DNA of 31,990 bases, taken from IMG/VR virus record IMGVR_UViG_3300011337_000379, positions 1 through 31,990 of that record. One strand, written 5' to 3'. Below, one piece after another: positions 19,012-27,254 of the stretch. The notes under the pieces are model-generated. The model was not told the DNA's origin, did not search any database, and saw nothing but the letters and a program-made list of their open reading frames with translations. This DNA is from a virus (lineage: Duplodnaviria; Caudoviricetes). The position numbers were made by a program, and so were the translations under genes. Every line of letters starts with the position of its first letter. The stretch's first letter is position 1.

Positions 19012-19014
19012 CGA

Positions 19015-19911
19015 ATGGCACTAACACTAACTGGCACAGGACAAGGAGGAGTATTTACTCTTAGAGGAGGATCTTTTGGAGGAAGATTTCAGGCTAGTGT
19101 CACTCCTCCACCTCCATTATTATTAGATGCATATCCAAGCGCAGAAGCTGCATACTCATTAAGAAAATTAAGAACTGCTTATACTGGTGCAGCAATACGT
19201 GTTGTATCATCAGGTGTTGGAACTCCAACTTTAGATATTGGTTTTGTTAATAATGTTTTAGATATCACAACATTACAAACATTTATTGGTGCAAATACTG
19301 GATATGTTACAATTTGGTACGACCAAAGTGGAAATGGAAATAATGCAACCGAACTAAATGTAAATAATGCGCCTAAAATAATCATTTCAAGTGTATTACA
19401 AACGCAAAACTCAAAACCTGTTATTAAATTTGATGGCACTGCTTTGAATTTTACTACTCCTATAGGTCCAGTTAATACCAATATGAGTATCTTTATGACT
19501 GCAAAAGGTGATTCAACATCACAAATTGGACCAATTTTAGGTGGTTCAGGCGCGCCTACTGTTGTTTTTGGTAGTTATAATAGTACTGACGCTCCAACTC
19601 TTGCATTAGGTGGAGGATTAAATGGATCTTATAATTGGGTGTATTGTACAACTAATTATAATACTAGTAATTACACAATTTTCAATGGTATCGTTAATTC
19701 TACAAATTATTATATTTACCAAAATAATAATGCATTTACAATTGCTCCACAAAGTTATTCACCTAATCCAACAAGTTTTGCTTTTTTAGGCAAATATTTT
19801 AATGCTTCATCATTTGCTAAATTTGCAGAAGTTGTAATTTACAAAACTGACCAATTAAGTAATAGAACAGGAATAGTTAGCAATACAAATACATATTATA
19901 ATGTTTTTTAA
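19015..19911 (+). CDS. ConA/LamG-like lectin paralogue 5
   Basis: LLLDAYPSAEAAYSLRKLRTAYTGAAIRV, DIGF, WYDQSGN. Divergent end NTNTYYNVF. Confidence 0.7.
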   Translation: MALTLTGTGQGGVFTLRGGSFGGRFQASVTPPPPLLLDAYPSAEAAYSLRKLRTAYTGAAIRVVSSGVGTPTLDIGFVNNVLDITTLQTFIGANTGYVTIWYDQSGNGNNATELNVNNAPKIIISSVLQTQNSKPVIKFDGTALNFTTPIGPVNTNMSIFMTAKGDSTSQIGPILGGSGAPTVVFGSYNSTDAPTLALGGGLNGSYNWVYCTTNYNTSNYTIFNGIVNSTNYYIYQNNNAFTIAPQSYSPNPTSFAFLGKYFNASSFAKFAEVVIYKTDQLSNRTGIVSNTNTYYNVF

Positions 19912-19950
19912 TTACAACACTAACGCTATCTTCTAATCTATAAAAACATA

Positions 19951-19974
19951 AACTCATACTACTCAATATACTAA
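19951..19974 (+). repeat. 24-bp direct repeat, orphan intergenic copy 5
   Basis: AACTCATACTACTCAATATACTAA, identical to 13539-13562, but lying 39 nt downstream of the paralogue 5 stop and outside any ORF. Confidence 0.9.
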
Positions 19975-19987
19975 TTAACCTAACCAG

Positions 19988-19995
19988 ATATTTAT
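19988..19995 (+). promoter_or_regulatory. Putative late-promoter motif ATATTTAT
   Basis: Intergenic copy just upstream of the Kelch fibre gene. Confidence 0.55.
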
Positions 19996-20002
19996 ATAAG
20001 AC

Positions 20003-23000
20003 ATGCCAATACAATTAAAAAGAAGTTTAACTTCAGGATCGCTACCTACAACAGCTTCCCTAGTCCCAGGAGAACTGGCCTTAAACGTGCCAGACGGACG
20101 GATATTCTTACGTAAGTCTGGTTCAGGATCAGACACAATCCAATCAGCAATAACTACCGGAGCTCAAAACTCTGGGTCAATTGCTTTAACTGGATCTTTA
20201 AGTCTGTACAGCGCAACTGGAAGCGTCTTAGATGTTTCTGGAGACGTTGTATCTATAGACGGAGATATAATAGAGATAGCAGCAGACACGATGGAGTTTA
20301 CAGGCTCCTTTGTTAACTCTGGGTCTTTGAGATCTATCGGAACCTCTACTTTTAGCGGATCTTTAAATATATCAGGAAGCGCAATAGTTTCAGGATCTTT
20401 AACAGTGGCCGGAAATATATTTGGATCCGTAGCGACAGCTTCTCTGGCTTTATCCTCGTCAACTGCAGTAACTGCATCTTTCGCAACAATTGCGTTAAAT
20501 GTCATAAATGCTCCAAATCCGTTTCCTTTCTCAGGATCTGCAATAATAACTGGAAGCCTAATTGTATCAGGAGCTGTAGATTTTGCGTATCTACAAACTA
20601 TGGGGGGAGCTTTTTCTGTTCAACCTAATTTAATAACTGGTAGAAACCAATTAGCAGGCGCAGGAACTCAAAAAGAAACTTTAGCTTTCGGAGGATGGGC
20701 AGGCCCCGCTGTAGCTACGAATTTAACCGAAGCTTTTAATGGACTAGCTTGGTCTGCAAGAGCAGCAATGATTGCTGGAAGATGTGGACTTGCAGGAGGA
20801 GGCACTCAAAACTCTGCGATTGCTTTTGGAGCTGCTAATCAGACCGAAAAATATAACGGAACCTCTTGGTCTGCTGGAAATACAATGATCACAGGTAGAT
20901 TTGGCATAGGTGGAGTAGGAACTCAAAACGCTGCTTTAGCTTTTGGAGGATATTTATCTCCAACACAAAGAACTTGCACAGAAGCCTATAACGGAACTAC
21001 GTGGTCAGCTGTTTCTGCTTTAATCTCAGCTAGATCTAGTATGGGATCAGCAGGTTTACAAAACGCAGCTTTAGCCTTTTCAGGACAAGGAGCCTTAACA
21101 TGCACTGAATTATATAATGGCATTACATGGTCTTCGGGATGTGTATTAGCAAGAGGTGGTACAATAGCAGGAATAGCTGGAGCAGGAACACAAAATGCAG
21201 CTATAGGAATGGGATCTGGAGCAGAATATGGAGCTTATAATAATGCTGAGTGTTTTAATGGACAAACTTGGTCAATACTGTCTAACTTAGTTCAAGGAGC
21301 AAAAGTTGTTGCAGGTGGAGCAGGAATAAGTACAAGCGCTTTAGTTTTTGGAGGAACCACTAGTCCTTTTCCTACTGTGTATTGTAACACTGTAGAAGCT
21401 TATAATGGATCTTTTAGAAAAACTAAGTTATACTCTAGAGATACAGGAAATACAGAATTAAGTGGAAGCACTACATTAGGCGGAGATGGAGGAGCTACAT
21501 ATGTAGGAGGAATTTTAGCTTCAAGTGGATCTACTTACCTTACAGAAGTAAATATTCAAGGTCCTTTAACTAGTGTAGGACCTTTAAATTTCTCTTATCG
21601 AACAGCTGTAAATGGAACTTGGAGTACAAGATCAGGACTTACTACTACTAAAAACGGCCCAACTGGAGTAGGAACTCAAAACGCTGCATTATCACTAGCA
21701 GGCGCAGCACCTGCTACTACTAGTACATCTACAAGCAATTGCGTAGAAGCTTTTACTGGACTCGCATGGAGTTCAGTTTCTCCGATGATTACTTTGCGAG
21801 GATCATCTGGAGCTGCAGCTGGATTACAAAACTCAGCTTTAAGCTTTGGAGTAGGCAGCTCAGAAAGATATAATGGAATCGCTTGGTCAGCTGCAGCAAC
21901 TATGGCTTCTAATAGATCACAACTTGGAGGAGTTGGATTACAAAATTCTGCTTTAGGTTTTGGAGGATACACAGCTCCAAGTATTAGAACTTGCACTGAA
22001 GCTTACGATGGAATTACGTGGTCTGCAAGAAGCGCAAGAATAAACGCTATACTCTGCGCTGCGACATTTGGACTACAAAATTCAGCAGTATCAGCAGGAG
22101 GATTTTCAGGAGCAAGTACAACTTGCACAGAAATATATAATGGAACTTCTTGGAGTGCTGGAACTGCTATGATAGCTAATAGAAGAGGCCACGCCGGATC
22201 AGGAAGACAGAATAATGGTCTGGCTTTTGGTGGAGCCCCACAATATCAAACTTGCACTTGCGTTGAATATTACAATGGAACAACTTGGCAAGTTACCACT
22301 AGCATGATCACCTCAAGGTGTAATATAGGAGGAGCTAATCAAAGTGCAGCATCAACCTTAGCTTTCGGAGGAAACGGACCATCAAATAACACAGAAGCTT
22401 ACACAGGTCCTAATGTAGTACAAACTTTCGATTACTCTCAAGAAACAGGAGACATCTCTGTGCTAAGCTCTTTTGCAACATCAGGTTCGGTATCTATGGG
22501 ATACTTACAACCTGTTGGAGGAACTTGGTCAGCTAGAACTTCGATGATAACGGCAAGAACTGGTTTAGCAGGCGCAGGAGTAAGAGATTCCACAATCGCG
22601 TACGCAGGAGGTACTCCAGCTCAAGTAGCATGTACAGAATTATATAACGGATCTTCGTGGTCATCAGGTCCAGCTGGAATTGTACCAAGGCTGTCTCTAA
22701 GTGGTAACGGAACTCAAAATGCTACTTTGGTCACAGGAGGAGTAACTAGTGGATTAAGTAGATCTAGTTGCGTTGAAAAGTACAACGGAACTTCTTGGGC
22801 TACAAGTACTGTATTGATAAATCTAAGAGCTCGTCACTCCGCGGTTGGAACACAAAATGCGGCGTTAGCTTTTGGAGGATATACAGGCGCAACTTCAGCA
22901 TGTACAGAAAGATTTGATGGAACTACGTGGACAGCCACAGGAGCACTAAATAATGCTGTTGAATCTCACGCTGGAGCAGGAACTCAAAACGCCGCGCTAT

Positions 23001-24442
23001 CTTTTGGCGGCGCAGGCGGAGCTTTCGTTAGATGTACAGAAGCATACAACGGAACTACATGGTCAACGGTAGCCTCAACTTTATCGAACAGAAATAATTC
23101 GGGCGGTTCAGGAGTTCAAAACTCTGCGTTATATTTTGGAGGATGTCTTTTATCTAGTACCGAAACTTATAACGGAATAAATTGGAATTCGGTATCGCCT
23201 ATGATAGCTTCTAAATCAGGCTTAGGTGGAACTGGCACGTCTATATCAGCATTAGCTTTTGGAGGCTCTACGCCAACTGTAGTAGCCACGGTGGAAAATT
23301 ACGAAGGATCAGCCCTAAGAACTTTTTCATACTCTAAAGATACTGGAAATTTGGTAGTAACTGGAAGTTCAACTTTAGTAGGAGATACTTCTATCGTAGG
23401 AAATTTACAGTCTTTAAACTCTATATCCACATCAGGAAGTATAAGAACAAATCTAGGTCTAGAATCTACAGGTTCAGTAAAACTTTCGTATCTTAATCCA
23501 ATAGGCGGAGCTTGGTCAACAAGATCAGCAACGATAGTAGCCAGAGGAGGTGTAGTAGGAGCAGGAACTCAAAATGCTGCGTTAGTTTTTTCAGGAGGCG
23601 TAATTTGCACTGAGCAATACAACGGATCAACTTGGTCATTGACAAATCCAACTATAAATGCAACAAATACGGGAGCCGGAGCAGGAACTCAAAACGCAGC
23701 TCTATCTTTTGGTGGTACTACTGGTGGATTAAGTAGCTCAAGATGTACAGAAGCGTTTAACGGATCTTATTGGGTCTCTAAAAATATTCTTATAACTGTT
23801 AGAGCTAGACATGCAGGAACTGGAACACAAAACGCCGCACTAGCTATTGGAGGATATCCAACTTACACAGCTACGGAAAAGTATGATGGAAATGTATGGT
23901 CCGCAGCAGCTTCATTAATTACTAGTAGATCGAGTCAATTAGCTGCTGCAGGAACACAAAATGCTGCGTTAGCCATCGGCGGTGCTGGCGCTTCTACTGA
24001 ATTTTATGATGGAACTTCTTGGAGCACGAAGGCATCGTTAATAACAGGTAGAAATCAATTAGCTGCCTCAGGATTGCAAAATTCTGCTATAGCTTTTGGA
24101 GGTGCTACCCCGGTTACAACCGCAATCACTGAATTGTATAACGGAACTACTTGGAGTAGTCTTTCATCAATGATAACCGCTAGATTTACATTAGCTGGAG
24201 AGGGCAATTCTGGAGCTACATTAGCTTTTGGAGGAGCTACTCCAACTGCAGTATCTTGTACAGAAGCTTATACTGGAGTATCAATAACATCTTTTGATCA
24301 CTCTGAGAATACCGGAGTTATAACTCTACAAAGTGTTTCTTCAAGTTTAAATTTCGCAGATGATACTGCAGCAGCAGCTGGAGGAGTACCTCTTGGAGGT
24401 CTTTATAGAAGCGGAAGTTTTGTATTAATCAGATTAGCATAA
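20003..24442 (+). CDS. Fibre protein with four Kelch-like 6-bladed beta-propellers
   Basis: N-terminal attachment motif shared with 17540. 24 repeats of WS..(M/L)ITxR..LAGxGTQNAALAFGG..TExYNG in four blocks of six. C-terminal FADDTAAAAGGVPLGGLY motif. Confidence 0.85.
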   Translation: MPIQLKRSLTSGSLPTTASLVPGELALNVPDGRIFLRKSGSGSDTIQSAITTGAQNSGSIALTGSLSLYSATGSVLDVSGDVVSIDGDIIEIAADTMEFTGSFVNSGSLRSIGTSTFSGSLNISGSAIVSGSLTVAGNIFGSVATASLALSSSTAVTASFATIALNVINAPNPFPFSGSAIITGSLIVSGAVDFAYLQTMGGAFSVQPNLITGRNQLAGAGTQKETLAFGGWAGPAVATNLTEAFNGLAWSARAAMIAGRCGLAGGGTQNSAIAFGAANQTEKYNGTSWSAGNTMITGRFGIGGVGTQNAALAFGGYLSPTQRTCTEAYNGTTWSAVSALISARSSMGSAGLQNAALAFSGQGALTCTELYNGITWSSGCVLARGGTIAGIAGAGTQNAAIGMGSGAEYGAYNNAECFNGQTWSILSNLVQGAKVVAGGAGISTSALVFGGTTSPFPTVYCNTVEAYNGSFRKTKLYSRDTGNTELSGSTTLGGDGGATYVGGILASSGSTYLTEVNIQGPLTSVGPLNFSYRTAVNGTWSTRSGLTTTKNGPTGVGTQNAALSLAGAAPATTSTSTSNCVEAFTGLAWSSVSPMITLRGSSGAAAGLQNSALSFGVGSSERYNGIAWSAAATMASNRSQLGGVGLQNSALGFGGYTAPSIRTCTEAYDGITWSARSARINAILCAATFGLQNSAVSAGGFSGASTTCTEIYNGTSWSAGTAMIANRRGHAGSGRQNNGLAFGGAPQYQTCTCVEYYNGTTWQVTTSMITSRCNIGGANQSAASTLAFGGNGPSNNTEAYTGPNVVQTFDYSQETGDISVLSSFATSGSVSMGYLQPVGGTWSARTSMITARTGLAGAGVRDSTIAYAGGTPAQVACTELYNGSSWSSGPAGIVPRLSLSGNGTQNATLVTGGVTSGLSRSSCVEKYNGTSWATSTVLINLRARHSAVGTQNAALAFGGYTGATSACTERFDGTTWTATGALNNAVESHAGAGTQNAALSFGGAGGAFVRCTEAYNGTTWSTVASTLSNRNNSGGSGVQNSALYFGGCLLSSTETYNGINWNSVSPMIASKSGLGGTGTSISALAFGGSTPTVVATVENYEGSALRTFSYSKDTGNLVVTGSSTLVGDTSIVGNLQSLNSISTSGSIRTNLGLESTGSVKLSYLNPIGGAWSTRSATIVARGGVVGAGTQNAALVFSGGVICTEQYNGSTWSLTNPTINATNTGAGAGTQNAALSFGGTTGGLSSSRCTEAFNGSYWVSKNILITVRARHAGTGTQNAALAIGGYPTYTATEKYDGNVWSAAASLITSRSSQLAAAGTQNAALAIGGAGASTEFYDGTSWSTKASLITGRNQLAASGLQNSAIAFGGATPVTTAITELYNGTTWSSLSSMITARFTLAGEGNSGATLAFGGATPTAVSCTEAYTGVSITSFDHSENTGVITLQSVSSSLNFADDTAAAAGGVPLGGLYRSGSFVLIRLA

Positions 24443-24459
24443 AATAAAAAATAAAACGT

Positions 24460-24714
24460 ATGAATTATTATCAAATTGAAAATCCAGGAACAGATGGATT
24501 TGTTACTCATCAAGAAAATGAATCAGCTCATGTAGCAAACTATCCAGGGAACATTTGGGTGACTGAGAACACAGCATGGGCACTTAGGGTTGGTGCTAAT
24601 AAAATAGAAAAAGAAGAAGCGCAGGCTATAGTGGATGCTATCATAAAAGAGGCTATAGACAACTATAACCCAGAATCTCAATCCCCAATGCCAGAATATA
24701 TAGTACTACCATAA
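24460..24714 (+). CDS. Hypothetical small acidic protein, possible fibre chaperone
   Basis: 84-aa ORF directly after the Kelch fibre, with an A-rich initiation region. Confidence 0.6.
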   Translation: MNYYQIENPGTDGFVTHQENESAHVANYPGNIWVTENTAWALRVGANKIEKEEAQAIVDAIIKEAIDNYNPESQSPMPEYIVLP

Positions 24715-24745
24715 AGATAAATACAACAGTGTAAAAAATTTTAAT

Positions 24746-24753
24746 TACATTTG
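24746..24753 (+). promoter_or_regulatory. Bacteroidota-type primary sigma -7 element (TAnnTTTG)
   Basis: TACATTTG in the intergenic gap ahead of the enzyme cluster. No clear -33 TTTG seen. Confidence 0.45.
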
Positions 24754-24769
24754 ATAAAATAATCACGTT

Positions 24770-25441
24770 ATGCAAGAAGAACAAAATAAGTCTCTATCTC
24801 CGGTAAATGATCAATTGTTTCCAGTAGTTAGCGTACTAAAAGAAAAAGACGCAAATCTTATACTTTCTTTAAAAGAAGATCTACAAGACACTTGGGTCAA
24901 AAAACAAATATTTAGAACAGAAACAGAAATGCGAGTATCAGTGTTAAATGACATCAGCTTTCCTACTCCTGCAGCTAAGTATTGGCAAGCTGTAAGAGAA
25001 CAATCAGCCATGTTAGATAACTTAATAGGCATGTCTTTTGATATGAGAAGAAACGAAATCAAGAGGCTTAAATTGTTAAAAAAACTAACTGAAGTCACAG
25101 ATGATTTAGAAAAAAGCGAAATAGAAATAGACTTAGATGAAAATCTATATCAAAAAGCTTCTCTAGATCAAACAGCTCAAGATAGAGTTAGAGAGATAGA
25201 AAAATGGGCAGAAATTAAGTCTGAACTTAATGACGGATCATTCGATGCCATGAATCCAAACACTCATCAGGCCCAAAGTCTACATCACGTACTGGCTAAC
25301 AGAGCACAAGCGCTAAATGCAAGCTCTGATTCTACTGAGGTACTAAATATCATGGGTCCATTACAAACTATGGAAAGACTAAAACAGCAAAATTTGTTGA
25401 CTCATGAAAACGTTATAGAACAAAAAAAATTACTCCAATAA
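24770..25441 (+). CDS. Hypothetical coiled-coil protein
   Basis: 223 aa, helical and charged. FRTETEMRVSVLND..FPTPAAKYWQAVREQ segment. TAATG-coupled to the first oxygenase. Confidence 0.7.
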   Translation: MQEEQNKSLSPVNDQLFPVVSVLKEKDANLILSLKEDLQDTWVKKQIFRTETEMRVSVLNDISFPTPAAKYWQAVREQSAMLDNLIGMSFDMRRNEIKRLKLLKKLTEVTDDLEKSEIEIDLDENLYQKASLDQTAQDRVREIEKWAEIKSELNDGSFDAMNPNTHQAQSLHHVLANRAQALNASSDSTEVLNIMGPLQTMERLKQQNLLTHENVIEQKKLLQ

Positions 25442-26022
25442 TGCAATTTATCTATTCTAGTCCTCTAGCATTAGATACGGTTTTTTGTGATGAAATTATA
25501 CAGTTATTCGAAAATTCTCCTTTAAAAAGAAAAGGTCAATTTAGATTTAACGAAGAATTGGTAGAAATGCAGGATATAAAAAAATCCACTGATATTTCTT
25601 TCGATCCCACTTATCTAAATAATCCAGTTTGGAGCAAGCATTTAGAATACCTAGTCGAAGTTATAGAAAATCACGTAGCGAAGTATACTCTAAAGTTTGA
25701 AGACGCTATGACTAAACTAGATAGCATCAGACTAGACACTTCTTTTAACATGCAAAGGTACCAACCTGGAGAGGGATTTTACGGATGGCATTGCGAAAGA
25801 GCAGGATTGACTAATTCTAATCGAGTGCTAGCTTGGATGATCTACCTAAATACGGTTAACGATGGTGGAGAAACTCAATTCTACTATCAAGGTCATAAAG
25901 AGAAAGCAGAAAAAGGAAAGCTTATAATTTGGCCTTCTGATTGGACTCACCTACACAGAGGCATTCCAAGTAACACAGAAAATAAATACATTCTTACCGG
26001 TTGGTATACGCACTACAAATAA
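25441..26022 (+). CDS. 2OG-Fe(II) oxygenase (prolyl-4-hydroxylase-like)
   Basis: YQPGEGFYGWHCE (HxE), MIYLN..GGETQF, WPSDWTHLHRG, KYILTGW. Confidence 0.9.
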   Translation: MQFIYSSPLALDTVFCDEIIQLFENSPLKRKGQFRFNEELVEMQDIKKSTDISFDPTYLNNPVWSKHLEYLVEVIENHVAKYTLKFEDAMTKLDSIRLDTSFNMQRYQPGEGFYGWHCERAGLTNSNRVLAWMIYLNTVNDGGETQFYYQGHKEKAEKGKLIIWPSDWTHLHRGIPSNTENKYILTGWYTHYK

Positions 26023-26031
26023 AATTTGGTT

Positions 26032-26646
26032 ATGATTTCCCTAAAGCCTTACAATAACGATACTCCAACAAGTAATTGGAATAACTTTTATTATTTTAAA
26101 AACGTATTTACAGACGAAATGATTTCTAATCTGGAAAATATGGTACATAATAATTATAAATTTGAAAAAGGTACTACAGGAATAGCTGAACTTGGAACAG
26201 TAACAAATTCAAAAAAAACAAATAATAGAGACATCGCGTATATAGAACCCGATCTACACTCTAAGTGGCTATACGAGTTGTTATTTCCGCTTTCTTTAGA
26301 AGCAAACGAACAACTTTTTAAATTCGACATAGACATCGTTACTGATCCTATTCATTATGTTATATATCCTGAAGATGGGGGACATCTAGATTGGCACATG
26401 GACGTAGGAGCTTATGCAGTAAATAAGAGAAAATTAGCTATGACAGTGCAGCTCTCTGATCCTTCGGAATACGATGGAGGAGATTTTGAAATTTGGTTGG
26501 GATCAAAAGATAAATTCATTACAGTGCCTAGAGAAAAAGGTGATGTTATCATATTTCCATCATTCTTGATGCATCGAGTAACACCGATAACTAGAGGCCA
26601 AAGAAAGTGTTTAGTATTTTGGACAGGCGGAAGACCTTTTAAATAA
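26032..26646 (+). CDS. 2OG-Fe(II) oxygenase (PKHD/PiuC-like)
   Basis: WHMD (HxD), RKLAMTVQLSDPSEYDGGDF, FPSFLMHRVTPIT.G.R..LV.W. ATG at 26032 preferred to TTG at 26026. Confidence 0.9.
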   Translation: MISLKPYNNDTPTSNWNNFYYFKNVFTDEMISNLENMVHNNYKFEKGTTGIAELGTVTNSKKTNNRDIAYIEPDLHSKWLYELLFPLSLEANEQLFKFDIDIVTDPIHYVIYPEDGGHLDWHMDVGAYAVNKRKLAMTVQLSDPSEYDGGDFEIWLGSKDKFITVPREKGDVIIFPSFLMHRVTPITRGQRKCLVFWTGGRPFK

Positions 26647-26662
26647 TAGAAAAAATAAAATA

Positions 26663-27253
26663 ATGGAATTTAAAGTTTACGAACAATTATGGTTTCCTAC
26701 CCCTATATGGGAGGTTCCAGTTACGGGAATAGATAACGAATCGATAAAAGATTACTGTCTTCAAACAAGAGAAAAACTCCCTGGTACAACAATATCAAAC
26801 AGAGGAGGTTGGCACAGTAATGAATTATTATCTCCTGCGCCTGAAGATTTAGATAAGTTAATTAACGATATAACAGTGTTTTCAAACGATGTTTGTTTTA
26901 GATACCTTGGAATAGAATTAAAATTCGGCAATTTTTGGATAAACATTAACGGAAAGCACGACTATAATTTGTTGCATGATCATCAAAAAAGTATCCTTTC
27001 AGGAGTATATTACGTAGACGTTCCAGAACAAAACATGGGAGATCTAGTTTTGGTCAGACCAGATAACGCAGATTATTTTTTAAACGGAAAAGTGGAAGAG
27101 GTCACTATGGCAAACTCTCCGGTTTGCGTAAAAAAAGCTGTTACTTCTACTCTATATCTTTTTCCTAGTTGGATAAAACACTACGTAGAAAGAAACGAGA
27201 GCGAAAAAGAACGTATATCTATAGCGTTTAATCTAGTACCTGCAAAAGATTAA
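26663..27253 (+). CDS. Putative 2OG-Fe(II) oxygenase, TIGR02466-like
   Basis: FPTPIW, WININ, HDH, LSGVYY, FPSWIKHYV, RISIAFN. Confidence 0.85.
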   Translation: MEFKVYEQLWFPTPIWEVPVTGIDNESIKDYCLQTREKLPGTTISNRGGWHSNELLSPAPEDLDKLINDITVFSNDVCFRYLGIELKFGNFWININGKHDYNLLHDHQKSILSGVYYVDVPEQNMGDLVLVRPDNADYFLNGKVEEVTMANSPVCVKKAVTSTLYLFPSWIKHYVERNESEKERISIAFNLVPAKD

Positions 27254-27254
27254 T

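Noticed and set aside
12678-19974. Diversity-generating retroelement (variable C-termini with a conserved end)
   Set aside because: No reverse transcriptase in the window, and no ~100-bp TR/VR pair differing only at adenines. Paralogue differences involve all bases.
13539-19974. CRISPR array or integron attC array from the 24-bp repeats
   Set aside because: Spacing is roughly 1-2.6 kb, the repeats are mostly coding and non-palindromic, and no cas or integrase gene is present.
7176-24442. High frequency of GGATC/GATC
   Set aside because: Explained by GGA-TCN codons of the Gly-Ser shaft repeats.
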